NCBI GenBank assembly: GCA_001794025.1
Contig: MGJA01000003.1
Location: 76,909 to 140,908, forward strand
Length of the DNA: 64,000 nucleotides
From: Candidatus Yanofskybacteria bacterium RIFCSPHIGHO2_01_FULL_41_21
GTDB taxonomy: Bacteria; Patescibacteriota; Minisyncoccia; 2-02-FULL-40-12; GWA2-44-9
Direction of reading: 5' to 3'
Shown here: positions 1 to 10,457 of the stretch, piece after piece
Position numbering within the stretch: position 1 is the stretch's first letter
How the letters are laid out: each line of letters starts with the position of its first letter
Notes under the pieces: generated by a model
Databases searched by the model: none
The model's input: only the letters and a program-made list of their open reading frames with translations
Told to the model about the DNA's origin: nothing
Position numbers and translations under genes: made by a program

Positions 1-979
1 CGGAGATGGTTATGTCAATGAAACGGTTGCAGTAACATGGTCATCTGATTATACAACGTCTTCAAAGTCGGCTGATTTTAACTCAAGCACGACCAGCACT
101 TATAATGGCACTCCTTTACCGTTCGGTCACAAGGTCCAGGTTTTCCAATATGGCGGTACTTTTGAAACTACCCCGATAACTTATGGAGTTATTACGGCCG
201 GGGATAGTTATGGAACGACTTGTAGTCCATCTTCGGGTTATTGGTATTGCGCTGTTCCATTGGCTAATACGGGAACTTCAGCTAGGTGGGCAGGTGGAAC
301 TATGCAAACAACGACTACAACATATACGGATAGAAGCACAGGAGGCGACGCTCAGACCTTATCAATCATAACTCCAGTAAGCAATATATCAGGTGGAGCA
401 GACCCGGACCCAACTCCGACCCCGACCCCAGATGCTTCACCAACTCCGACACCGGAACCTGGTGCTTCCCCGACCCCGACCCCAGATGCTTCACCAACTC
501 CGACACCGACTCCAAGTACTATTGTCACCCCAGCTTCTAGAGGATTCGTCAGTTTGGTGGCTTTAGGACTCAAAGAAGGGGATACGATTAGCGCTGCTGG
601 TTCTAGTGATCCCGATATCTATATTCCTAATATTTACGGTTATAAACGTCTATTCTTAAATCCAGCTATCTTTAATTTCTATGGACATCTCGGTGGATTT
701 AGAAATGTTAAAAACGCCACAGCTGTGACAAGAGATAAAATGGTAACTTCGGGTCTCTTTAGAAACTGTGAAACGAATGATCCCAAAGTATATGGTGTAG
801 AAATAAACGGCGAAGATACCGGTCTATTGCATTGGGTAAACACGACAGGAGCTCAAGCTATTGCCGATGATGCAAACTTCTTCAAAAAGGTATTCTGTAT
901 TAATACCAATGAATTTAACTGGTATTCCAAGGGCTCTAACTACACTTCAGTTAACCAAGTGCCTACATATACCCGATAA
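1..979 (+). CDS. Secreted/surface Ser/Thr-rich protein with Pro-Thr linker and C-terminal domain (5'-truncated by the window edge)
   Basis: The frame of ORF 260..979 is open back to position 2 (GDGYVNETVAVTWSSDY...), so the true start lies upstream. PTPTPTPDAS repeats; C-terminal block LKEGDTISAAGSSDPDIY...KRLFLNPAIFNFYGHLGGF resembles CPR surface-protein tails (recollection, unverified). Confidence 0.75.
   Translation, partial: GDGYVNETVAVTWSSDYTTSSKSADFNSSTTSTYNGTPLPFGHKVQVFQYGGTFETTPITYGVITAGDSYGTTCSPSSGYWYCAVPLANTGTSARWAGGTMQTTTTTYTDRSTGGDAQTLSIITPVSNISGGADPDPTPTPTPDASPTPTPEPGASPTPTPDASPTPTPTPSTIVTPASRGFVSLVALGLKEGDTISAAGSSDPDIYIPNIYGYKRLFLNPAIFNFYGHLGGFRNVKNATAVTRDKMVTSGLFRNCETNDPKVYGVEINGEDTGLLHWVNTTGAQAIADDANFFKKVFCINTNEFNWYSKGSNYTSVNQVPTYTR
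410..514 (+). repeat. Coding tandem repeat (24-30 bp units) encoding the PTPTPTPDAS linker
   Basis: ccaactccgaccccgaccccagatgcttca / ccaactccgacaccggaacctggtgcttcc / ccgaccccgaccccagatgcttca / ccaactccgacaccgactcca. Confidence 0.85.
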
Positions 980-993
980 ACTGTTGGTAGCTC

Positions 994-1040
994 AAACAAA
1001 TCAATCCTGCCATGCCTGCCATGACGGGACTGATTTGTTT
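994..1040 (+). terminator. Hairpin, probable intrinsic terminator
   Basis: aaacaaatca...tgatttgttt outer arms with an imperfect inner stem, 15 bp after the stop at 979. Confidence 0.5.
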
Positions 1041-1080
1041 ACTATTGGTTTATTGAAATTAATATAGTATTATAAAACAT

Positions 1081-1599
1081 ATGATAAAAAACACCTATAT
1101 TTATTTGATTGTTGTCGCGGCGGTTGTTGGAGGGGTAATTTTTTTGATGAATCGGGACAATAAGACCGATAATATTGGAGATACCTCGGATTTAGTCAGT
1201 TCAAGTTCGGAACCAGTTCAGTCATTGGTTCCAACCCCTACACCTACCCCAACTCCAAAATTAACTAAGAGCACCCCCAAACCATCTCCGAAGATAATTA
1301 TAACGGAAGTTAATCAATACCAATTTTTGGTTGATTGGCTGGACCCGTTAAATAGGCGCTTAACTCTTGATAGGGATTGTACGTCTATTGTGCCATCTCA
1401 AGTTGCCTACCCAAACAATACTCAAATTATGCTTGATAATACTTTTTCACCCAAAGCACAGGTTATAAAAATCGGTACCAAAGAATATTCGGTCACGGCT
1501 AACGGTTGGTTACTCGTTACTCTTGTCAGTTCAGAACTTCCCGCAAAGTTGACTATGTTCTGTGGATCTATGGAATTGGGTCAACTTGATTTACAATAA
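1081..1599 (+). CDS. Membrane-anchored hypothetical protein with Pro/Thr linker and small beta-rich domain
   Basis: N-terminal TM helix, PTPTPTPTPK linker, two Cys in the C-terminal domain. Confidence 0.75.
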   Translation: MIKNTYIYLIVVAAVVGGVIFLMNRDNKTDNIGDTSDLVSSSSEPVQSLVPTPTPTPTPKLTKSTPKPSPKIIITEVNQYQFLVDWLDPLNRRLTLDRDCTSIVPSQVAYPNNTQIMLDNTFSPKAQVIKIGTKEYSVTANGWLLVTLVSSELPAKLTMFCGSMELGQLDLQ

Positions 1600-1632
1600 C
1601 GTTCAGGACTCCACTTTGCATATTTGATTCTC

Positions 1633-3309
1633 ATGGTATTTATTAAGAAAAATATCGGCTATCTTATAGCCCTCTTTGGATTAGGATTTTTTCTTTACGC
1701 TTTTAATCTTCACGGCCCGCTTTTTTGGGATGATGCCGATTGGATTATTAATAATCCATACATTCACACACTAACGTGGGAAAATATTAAATTCATATTT
1801 ACTCACGATACGAATGCCGGCATTGGTCTTGTCTCAAATTATTATCGGCCATTTCTGTTCCTAACATTAATGGCTAATTATATTATTTCTGGATCAGAGT
1901 CGGTCTTATACCATCTGGTAAATAATATCATCCATATCGGGAACGGTATCCTTATCTTCTATCTTTTAAACCGATGGTTTAAACATCCACGAATTGCATT
2001 TCTATCTGCGTTGTTATTTGTTATTCATCCGTTACAAACCGAAGCAATAGTAATTGTTTCAGGAAGAGGAGACCCCTTGTCTGTTTTTTTAGTTTTGTTT
2101 GGAATAATTTCTTTTCTTGTACTTAAAGACAGGAATCGTTATTGGTTCGCATATGGTGTAGCAAGTATCGCCATGATCTTGGCGGTTTTAAGTAGGGAAG
2201 TCACAGTCCTATTTCCGGCTTATTTAGGGGTGGTTTTAATGGCGTTTGAAAATCAGGGCCGGTTTTTGGCTCGTTTTAAAAAATCATTTATTGCCGTGGT
2301 GCCATTTTTAGGTATTACGGTTGTATATGGCATTCTTCGTCTCACGGTTCTAAATTTTCAAAACACTCTTAATTTCTATCAACAGCAGAATATTTATAGT
2401 GAGAATTTGTTGTATCGTGTCTACACTTTCTTTCATGCTCTGGTTGTATATATTCGGTTAATTATTTGGCCAACGGGGCTACACATGGATAGAGATATTC
2501 CAGTCAGTACTCACATCTGGGACCCTTGGTCATGGCTGGGAGCATTGATAATTATCGGCTTGATTGTTTTGTTGATTTATTTATATCGTTCAGAAGTTAG
2601 TAAATTTAGAAATTCGAAATTAGAAATTAGTAATTATTCTTTCAATGTTTGGTTCTTCGGACTAGGAATATTTTTTGTGAATCTATTACCAACATCAGGA
2701 CTCATTCCAATAAATGCTCGTATCTATGAACATTGGCTTTATTTCTCGCTCTTTGGATTTTTTACAATTGCGGCTTTTTATCTGGACAAAATTCTTAGTT
2801 TTTTTAAAAATAAAGATTCTAAGTTCTACGTTCTAATTACTATTTCCTTCGTCATCTATTGTTTATTTCTTGGTGTTCAGACCATTCGTCGTAATTTACT
2901 CTGGAGTAATACAGAGAAATTTTATTTAAATATTCTTAAATATGAACCCGAGGATGTCCGGGTTATTAACAATTTAGGAAATTGGTACTCTGATCATGGA
3001 AATAATGATTTGGCAAAACCGCTTTATGAGCGAGCTATTGCCATTGATCCGAACCAACCCGCCCTGTATCATAACCTCGGAAATATTGCTCGTGATAGTG
3101 GTCAACTAGATCGGGCTGAAGAATTATACAAAAAAGCCATTTCTACCGATCCGACATTCCATTACGCTTATGGTAACCTCGCCCAGCTTTATCTTAATCA
3201 AAATAAAATAACTCAAGCATTAGAAATGCTTGAACAACTCCAAAAAATATATCCAACAATCCAAACCCAGCAAAATATAGAGATGTTACAGGGATTGGTT
3301 AATAAATAG
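1633..3309 (+). CDS. TMTC-like GT-C glycosyltransferase with C-terminal TPR repeats
   Basis: WDD acidic motif after TM1; YYRP, HPLQTEA, SGRGD and YEHWLY motifs; multiple TMs; NNLGN/HNLGN/GNLAQ TPRs. ATG 1633 preferred over TTG 1624. Confidence 0.8.
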   Translation: MVFIKKNIGYLIALFGLGFFLYAFNLHGPLFWDDADWIINNPYIHTLTWENIKFIFTHDTNAGIGLVSNYYRPFLFLTLMANYIISGSESVLYHLVNNIIHIGNGILIFYLLNRWFKHPRIAFLSALLFVIHPLQTEAIVIVSGRGDPLSVFLVLFGIISFLVLKDRNRYWFAYGVASIAMILAVLSREVTVLFPAYLGVVLMAFENQGRFLARFKKSFIAVVPFLGITVVYGILRLTVLNFQNTLNFYQQQNIYSENLLYRVYTFFHALVVYIRLIIWPTGLHMDRDIPVSTHIWDPWSWLGALIIIGLIVLLIYLYRSEVSKFRNSKLEISNYSFNVWFFGLGIFFVNLLPTSGLIPINARIYEHWLYFSLFGFFTIAAFYLDKILSFFKNKDSKFYVLITISFVIYCLFLGVQTIRRNLLWSNTEKFYLNILKYEPEDVRVINNLGNWYSDHGNNDLAKPLYERAIAIDPNQPALYHNLGNIARDSGQLDRAEELYKKAISTDPTFHYAYGNLAQLYLNQNKITQALEMLEQLQKIYPTIQTQQNIEMLQGLVNK

Positions 3310-3310
3310 A

Positions 3311-3500
3311 CACTCGTGAAGGTCATTACCATTCTCGACACGCCTCCGGCTCTCTCGGTCCTCTCCGAGCGACCTCATCGCCTCAGCTAAGCTCGCATTG
3401 CAGTTCGTTGGTTGATCGGCCTGCTGGCCATTAATTATATCAACCAACTCCTGCAACGTCTCGATTGTCTCGAATTGGCAATGACCATCACTCGTTTGGC
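3311..3500 (-). repeat. Structured repeat family B, copy 1 (inverted homologue of 61627-61818)
   Basis: Core 3336-3471 aligns with the reverse complement of 61655-61790; closing arms 3316-3331/3476-3491; strand chosen from G-U-compatible mismatches. Confidence 0.85.
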
Positions 3501-3601
3501 TCTCTAGTTTTTAAGGATTTCCTTGTCTGTGGAGTGAGAAAAATAGTGAGGGCTTCGCTTTTGTTTAGATTTAAAAAATAAATAGGGACTGTAGCGACCG
3601 A

Positions 3602-3777
3602 CACCCTAACCCCCAGCGAGAAGTCGCGCAGACCCCGAAGCTAGGATTATGTCGATGGGTGCGGAAGACATAATCCGAGGTGCTTGGTGAGGAACCGAGC
3701 GGTCTAGATAAAAACCTGCCGCTGGAACAGGTTTATTATCGGTCGAGTCGGGGGTTAGGGTGGAGGGAGCGAACTCC
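3602..3777. other. GC-rich multibranched fold-back element of unknown nature
   Basis: Perfect 13-bp arms caccctaaccccc (3602-3614)/gggggttagggtg (3750-3762) enclosing three internal hairpins. Confidence 0.6.
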
Positions 3778-3812
3778 AAGAGGAAGCCATGAGGAAACCC
3801 CACAAAGAGCTA

Positions 3813-5324
3813 TTATTTTTGGATGAGGGGTAAATTTTGTTGGGTGCGACGGACGAAGATGACGACGGAGTCGTCCTGATAGACGAGGGGCCAATTTTTG
3901 TCTTGGGAGATGAAAGATAGGAATGTTTGGGCCCAAGGGGTGATGTCATGATAATCAAAAAAGACATAATTAATCTTGTATTGATCGGAATATTTTTTCC
4001 ACAATTCAGGTGATTGTTGCATTGGGATATAAATCTTTTGGAAAAAATCCACGGAATAGGCCTCGGGTCGGCCATCAACAAAAACTTTTTGATTTGGATA
4101 GAGTTTCCAAATCAAGTAACTACCGACGTCAAAGTTATTAAATACCGGCCCGGCGAGTTTATTATCTTTAACAAAATTGGCTCCACCTTCAGCACCAGCA
4201 GAGACCTCTAACCCAAAAATATCTCCGGAACCGGCCCACCTATAAAATTTATTATCAACTACAGCGTTTAGCGAAAATAAACAAATAGCGATAATTATAA
4301 CGTAAGTCCCCGCCTTAATTTTATAATTATTAAAAGTCGGGAATAGCCACGATTGAAGATTGAGGGCAAAGATAGGGATGAAAACAATTGCATATGGTCC
4401 AAGATTTCTAATCATATCAAAGCCCAAAATTGTGAAAGCCAAACCAGTACCAACTTCAAAAATATAACTCTTAAAACCGTGTCTTTTTAGAGCAGGAATA
4501 AAGCTTAACCAAAATAAAATAGTCGCTAAGATAAAAATATTAATTCTAGTAAGGAGAATGCCGTAATTTTTTATGAAAAGTATGGATTGGTTTTCCACAA
4601 TACTGTAGCCATAACTATTGAGAATATTAAAAGGCGTCAAAGCCCCATAAATACCGTTAGGATTTATTACGGTTGCTATCAAAGAAAAGCCGGTTATCTT
4701 CACGATTAAACGCCAATCGGGATCGCGATTTATCCAACGATCAATAGCGAATAACCCTAACAACATTGGCCCAAGAATAAAGTAGATATGCATATTGGTC
4801 CAAACTAATTGAACAAGAGGAGTCACATAGAGCCAAGTGTATTTTTGAGAATATTTTGCTTGAAAGATTGCGAATAAAAAATAGGCCAAGAAAAGGTAAC
4901 TGAATATTTCCGGCCGGACATCGGTGCGGTCTAACATAACCAACAATCCAACTAAGCCGGCAATGATAAATGGTAATGGCTCAATTTTTTTAGCCACAGA
5001 TCGCCACAAGAGCCAAAAAGTTGTGATTAAAATTCCGGCTTTAAATATAATTAGACCCTTTAATCCAATAAAGAGATTTAAAATATAAAAAACGACTTCA
5101 CTTAACCAATGATGGTTTATGAATGGAACATCTGGTTCGGTATATGAAAATAGGTTTGTTTCCGGAACATGTTTGGTCTCCAAGATAATTTTGCCAGTTT
5201 TAATGTGTCGACCAATGTCTTGATTAATAGAGCCAAGCGAATGAACAAAAACCGCACCTGCAAGTGCGAAAAATATTACCAAAGAAGTAAATTTAAAAAA
5301 TGTTGAGATTCTAATAGGACTCAT
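3813..5324 (-). CDS. Polytopic membrane protein, GT-C-like glycosyltransferase candidate
   Basis: DIGRH after TM1; HHWLSE, RPEIFS, WTNMH, NPNG and FVDGRPE motifs; about 11 TMs plus a soluble C-terminal domain. Confidence 0.65.
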   Translation of the reverse strand: MSPIRISTFFKFTSLVIFFALAGAVFVHSLGSINQDIGRHIKTGKIILETKHVPETNLFSYTEPDVPFINHHWLSEVVFYILNLFIGLKGLIIFKAGILITTFWLLWRSVAKKIEPLPFIIAGLVGLLVMLDRTDVRPEIFSYLFLAYFLFAIFQAKYSQKYTWLYVTPLVQLVWTNMHIYFILGPMLLGLFAIDRWINRDPDWRLIVKITGFSLIATVINPNGIYGALTPFNILNSYGYSIVENQSILFIKNYGILLTRINIFILATILFWLSFIPALKRHGFKSYIFEVGTGLAFTILGFDMIRNLGPYAIVFIPIFALNLQSWLFPTFNNYKIKAGTYVIIIAICLFSLNAVVDNKFYRWAGSGDIFGLEVSAGAEGGANFVKDNKLAGPVFNNFDVGSYLIWKLYPNQKVFVDGRPEAYSVDFFQKIYIPMQQSPELWKKYSDQYKINYVFFDYHDITPWAQTFLSFISQDKNWPLVYQDDSVVIFVRRTQQNLPLIQK

Positions 5325-5348
5325 TTGAATTGATCTAATTAGGTCAAT

Positions 5349-6512
5349 TTATAGTAGTTTTTCTATTTTAAGAATAGTGACTTCAATATTAAAGGTGAAA
5401 AGAACACGTTGGTGGGCTTGAATTCCCATTTCATTAGCTCGTGATTCATTATCCAAGAACATAGTGACATGTTCTGAAATTTGATTTGAATTGCGAGGGT
5501 CAATAATATAGCCATTAACCCCATTTTCAATGATTTCGGGTATGGCGCCGACATTGGTGGCAATGATAGGTAATTTGGCCCCCATTGCCTCCAAAATGAC
5601 CCAAGGGAAGCCCTCTTTCACTGAAGGCAGGAGGAATACGTCAAAAGCGTTTAAATACCTTGAGGCCTGTTCTTTTCGGCCAACAAGTAATACTTTTTCG
5701 GTTAAACCATTTTCTTCTATCAGTTTATTAAGAGCATGACGTTCCGTACCGTCGCCGATAACACACCATACAACATCTTCACGATTAATTTTGGTTGCGG
5801 ATTCAATTAAATATTCCAATCCCTTGGTTGGGTAAAAATTTGCGATAGTGCCGATGATTTTTTTTGAATGCGGAAGACCTAATTGAGAACGGGCTTCATC
5901 TCTTTCCAGGAGATCTAGTTTGTATGGATCAAGACCATTATGAATTAAAACAATATCCTGACGGGGTTTAATGCCAATTTCTTTGGCCTTAATTAAATCA
6001 TAATTATTGTTAACGATAATAATATCTTTCCAAGATGCACTTATCTTTTCCAATGTTCTCCAAAGAGCTTTTTTCCAGGCCGGCCAAGGATCATTGAATG
6101 TCCAGCCCCCGATACGGTAGATGACCTTAGGTCGTAACTGTGACCACTGAGCCGCTAATGACCCAATAAACCCGGCTTTAGAACTTCCCAACAAAAGCGT
6201 GTCCGGTTTTAATTTTTGGATAAGTTTTTTTATTTGATCAACGGCCAGAATATCGTAAATTGGACTAATGTTTCGTTTCAACGCGGATAATACGAAAACC
6301 GGGACTCCCAGTTCTAATAGAGCTTGGGAGAATGAACCATCACCATCAGCACCGACCGCTACAGAAATATCATAGGCATCTTTTTTCGTGTGCCTGATAA
6401 ATTGAAGAATAAATTGCTGAGCACCACCAATTTCCGACTGGGTAATGATAAAGAGAACCTTCTTTTTAGGTGTTTGGCTGGCGCCACCAAAAGCATTGAT
6501 ACTAGTGTCCAT
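5349..6512 (-). CDS. Glycosyltransferase family 4
   Basis: GGAQ N-terminal motif, KGLEYL, EGFPWVILEAM (EX7E), TNVGAIPE. Confidence 0.9.
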   Translation of the reverse strand: MDTSINAFGGASQTPKKKVLFIITQSEIGGAQQFILQFIRHTKKDAYDISVAVGADGDGSFSQALLELGVPVFVLSALKRNISPIYDILAVDQIKKLIQKLKPDTLLLGSSKAGFIGSLAAQWSQLRPKVIYRIGGWTFNDPWPAWKKALWRTLEKISASWKDIIIVNNNYDLIKAKEIGIKPRQDIVLIHNGLDPYKLDLLERDEARSQLGLPHSKKIIGTIANFYPTKGLEYLIESATKINREDVVWCVIGDGTERHALNKLIEENGLTEKVLLVGRKEQASRYLNAFDVFLLPSVKEGFPWVILEAMGAKLPIIATNVGAIPEIIENGVNGYIIDPRNSNQISEHVTMFLDNESRANEMGIQAHQRVLFTFNIEVTILKIEKLL

Positions 6513-6534
6513 TTATGGTAAAATATTAGCACAT

Positions 6535-6550
<16 letters not shown>
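6496..6550. promoter_or_regulatory. Overlapping divergent sigma70-type promoters
   Basis: Plus strand: TTGATA(6496-6501)-17-TAAAAT(6519-6524) with TGn extension. Minus strand: TTGATT(6550-6545)-16-TAATAT(6528-6523) with TGn extension. Confidence 0.6.
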
Positions 6551-7648
<1,098 letters not shown>

Positions 7649-7668
<20 letters not shown>

Positions 7669-8821
7669 TATTCTCATTGCGACCGGTATTTTTTCTCCAG
7701 ACATTGGTGGCCCAGCTTCATATGCTCAGACACTGGCCATGCGTTTGGCTGAATCAGAAAAAGTAACCATGGTCACCTATTCTTCTGTTTGGAGTTCGTC
7801 GGCTGATTTAAAGCTACCATTTCGGGTAGTAAGAATCTGGGCAAAATGGCCGAAGGGGATTAAACACGGAATATATTTTGTGAAGATGTTGCTGGAAGCA
7901 AGAAATTGTGGAGTTATATTTGCTTTGAATGCGGTGAGCGCGGGAATACCGGCCCGATTCGTGGCCCGTGTTTTTAAGCGAAAATTCATTGTAAAAATTG
8001 TCGGTGATTCCGCCTGGGAACGGGCGATTGGAAAAGGCAGGACCTCCCTACTTCTCAATGATTTTCAGAAAGTAAAACGTTCGGGTCGGGCGCGAATAAT
8101 GCACGCGCTTCAATTCTCAGTTTGCAAAGGCGCCCATATGATTATTGTTCCCTCGGAATATCTTAGAAATATTGTTGAAGGTTGGGGTATTTCAAAAGAA
8201 AAGATTAAAGTTGTTTATAATGGTTCTGATTTTAAGCCGTCTTTGTTATCTAAAGAAGAGTCCAAGAAAAAGCTGGGCATTACAGGAAACGTTTTATTTA
8301 CTTGGGGCCGGCTCGTGCCATGGAAAGGATTTAGAATGCTGATTAAAATAATGCCGAAGCTCGCTGAAATTAACCCATTTTTTAAGTTGGTTATTGTCGG
8401 TTCCGGTCCGGATAAATCTATCCTTGAGGCCATGATTAAAAACTTACGGCTTGAGCGAAAAGTTATCCTTGCTGGTCGAAAGAATCTGGAAGAAGTGGCC
8501 GAGTATTTAGCTACGGCTGACATGGCCGTTTTAAATAGTGGGTATGAGGGATTTTCTCACCAGCTTTTGGAGGCAATGATTGCCGGCGTGCCGTTGATTA
8601 CAACCAATGCCGGCGGGAATAGGGAGATAATCCACCAAGGCCAAAATGGAATTATGGTTAAATACAATGACGAGTTTAATTTGATTGAAGTGATTCGGGC
8701 AATTTGGAATAATCAGGAACTACAGGATCATTTTATAGCTGAAGGAAAGAAAACCGCATCCCATTTTAACGTTGAAAAAATGTTTAATGAGACATCTGCA
8801 TTATTAAAAACTCAGCTATGA
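7649..8821 (+). CDS. Glycosyltransferase family 4
   Basis: FSPDIGGPASY, GRLVPWKG, YEGFSHQLLEAM; ATG 7649 (MKPLQN). Confidence 0.9.
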
Positions 8822-9957
8822 GTAATCTTTTAATGATTTCAGGCGACCGTTCTTTAGCCGAAGGTAAACACGGCGCTTTTTATAACACTCTTGAAGAACT
8901 CCATAAACATTTTGAAAAAATAGATGTTATTTGTCCTAAAATTAGAAATTCGAAATTAGGAATTAGAAATTTCTTCGGTAACGTCGAAGTCCATCCTTCT
9001 CCATGGCCCTTAATATTACAGCCATTCTGGATTTATCGTCGAGGTCTTAAAATTTTGAAAGCTAATGGCTACTCGCTAATGACTAATAACTATCTTATGA
9101 CGGTCCACGACTATCCTCCGTTCTATAATGGATTTGGTGCATATTTATTATCTCTCGCGACTTGTGTGCCGTATATGTTGGAAATTATGCATATTCCCGG
9201 TTTGCCCAAAAGTGGGTCATCAAAAGAATTTATCTATAAATATTTAACCAAGTTTTTTATTCGTTTTGATGCGCATCGTGCCCGAGCGGTTCGAGTTATT
9301 AATCATAAACAGACCAAAGATTTTATAATTCAAGCCGGTGTGCCTGTTTCAAAAATAAAATATATTCCTGCTTTTTACATTAATCTTGATGTTTTTAAAC
9401 CAATCAGTTTGGAAAAAAAGTATGATTTAATTTTTGTCGGTCGCTTGGAATCCAACAAGGGCGTAGAGTTATTGTTTGAAGCAATAAAAAATCTCAAGCA
9501 CCAAATTCCAAATATCAAATGTCTGATTGTGGGAGAAGGTTCTCTTCTGAATCATTGTAAATTAGAAATTGTAAATTGGAAATTGCAGGACAACGTCCTG
9601 TTTAATGGTTTTGCAAAAGATTTTCTTGAAATAGCTCGTCTTATAAACGAATCAAAAGTATTGGTTATGCCATCGTATAATGAGGGCGGTCCGCGTGTAA
9701 TTTTAGAAGCGATGGCTTGTGGTGTCCCGGTTCTTGCTACACCGGTTGGAATTGTGTTAGATATAGTTAAAGATAAAGAGTCGGGTGTTATTATTGATTG
9801 GGATGGGGCCGATATCGCAAAAAAAATAAATATTTTGTTGAACGATAGGCAAATTTATAATAAATATCAGAGTGCCGGTTTGGAAATCGTTAAATTATTT
9901 GAACGTCAATCGGCAATTAAAAATTATGCCGAGAAGTTATCTTTATTAATAAAATGA
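8818..9957 (+). CDS. Glycosyltransferase family 4 containing four heptamer-repeat tracts
   Basis: FVGRLESNKG, NEGGPRVILEAM; ATGA overlap with the upstream gene. Confidence 0.9.
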   Translation: MSNLLMISGDRSLAEGKHGAFYNTLEELHKHFEKIDVICPKIRNSKLGIRNFFGNVEVHPSPWPLILQPFWIYRRGLKILKANGYSLMTNNYLMTVHDYPPFYNGFGAYLLSLATCVPYMLEIMHIPGLPKSGSSKEFIYKYLTKFFIRFDAHRARAVRVINHKQTKDFIIQAGVPVSKIKYIPAFYINLDVFKPISLEKKYDLIFVGRLESNKGVELLFEAIKNLKHQIPNIKCLIVGEGSLLNHCKLEIVNWKLQDNVLFNGFAKDFLEIARLINESKVLVMPSYNEGGPRVILEAMACGVPVLATPVGIVLDIVKDKESGVIIDWDGADIAKKINILLNDRQIYNKYQSAGLEIVKLFERQSAIKNYAEKLSLLIK

Positions 9958-10457
9958 AAAAAATTAAAAAAAGTTTGGTCAAAATCAAACCTTGTAAAAA
10001 AGTAAATACCTTTGATGTGAAGACCAAGAAATCTAACGGATGGCTCCTGGAGGTTATAAGCGATAGGGATGGATTTACGAAACACTTACGCGGACAAGTT
10101 TATTTGGCCGTTGCTGACCCCGGAGAATTTAAAGGTTTTCATCTCCATGCGGATGCTGATTATTTTGTGACGTGTTTGAAGGGTACTATTAAGCATGTTG
10201 TATACAAAACAATTAAAGAGAAGGAAGAGATTAAAATGGGAGACGATAATTTTAAAACGGTCTTCTTGCCTAAAGGGTATCCCCACGCTTTTGACAATAT
10301 TGGCAAGGAACCGGCGTATATTATGGTGTATCGTTACCCTGCTTGGTCGCCCGACATTAAAGAACAGTTTGATATACCAAAAAATCAAATAGAAAATCCT
10401 GAATCCTGGAAAAAGATACGCGCATTCATCAAAGATTTCAATAAAAGAAAATTATAA
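9954..10457 (+). CDS. RmlC-like cupin (NDP-sugar epimerase/isomerase family)
   Basis: KGFHLH and PKGYPHAF cupin motifs. Confidence 0.75.
   Translation: MKKIKKSLVKIKPCKKVNTFDVKTKKSNGWLLEVISDRDGFTKHLRGQVYLAVADPGEFKGFHLHADADYFVTCLKGTIKHVVYKTIKEKEEIKMGDDNFKTVFLPKGYPHAFDNIGKEPAYIMVYRYPAWSPDIKEQFDIPKNQIENPESWKKIRAFIKDFNKRKL

Noticed and set aside
3585-3810. RNase P RNA, tmRNA, SRP RNA or tRNA in the structured spacer
   Set aside because: GAGGAA words occur but not the GAGGAAAGUCC/P4 partner, tRNA-like ends or the SRP loop, and the lengths do not fit.
3606-4081. Short minus-strand ORFs (65, 66 and 108 aa) over the spacer and gene end
   Set aside because: They overlap a structured non-coding element or the 3813..5324 gene in other frames, and their composition is not protein-like.
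10031-10044. atctaacggatgg resembling the repeat's right end
   Set aside because: Only a short partial match inside the cupin coding sequence, with no other part of the element.
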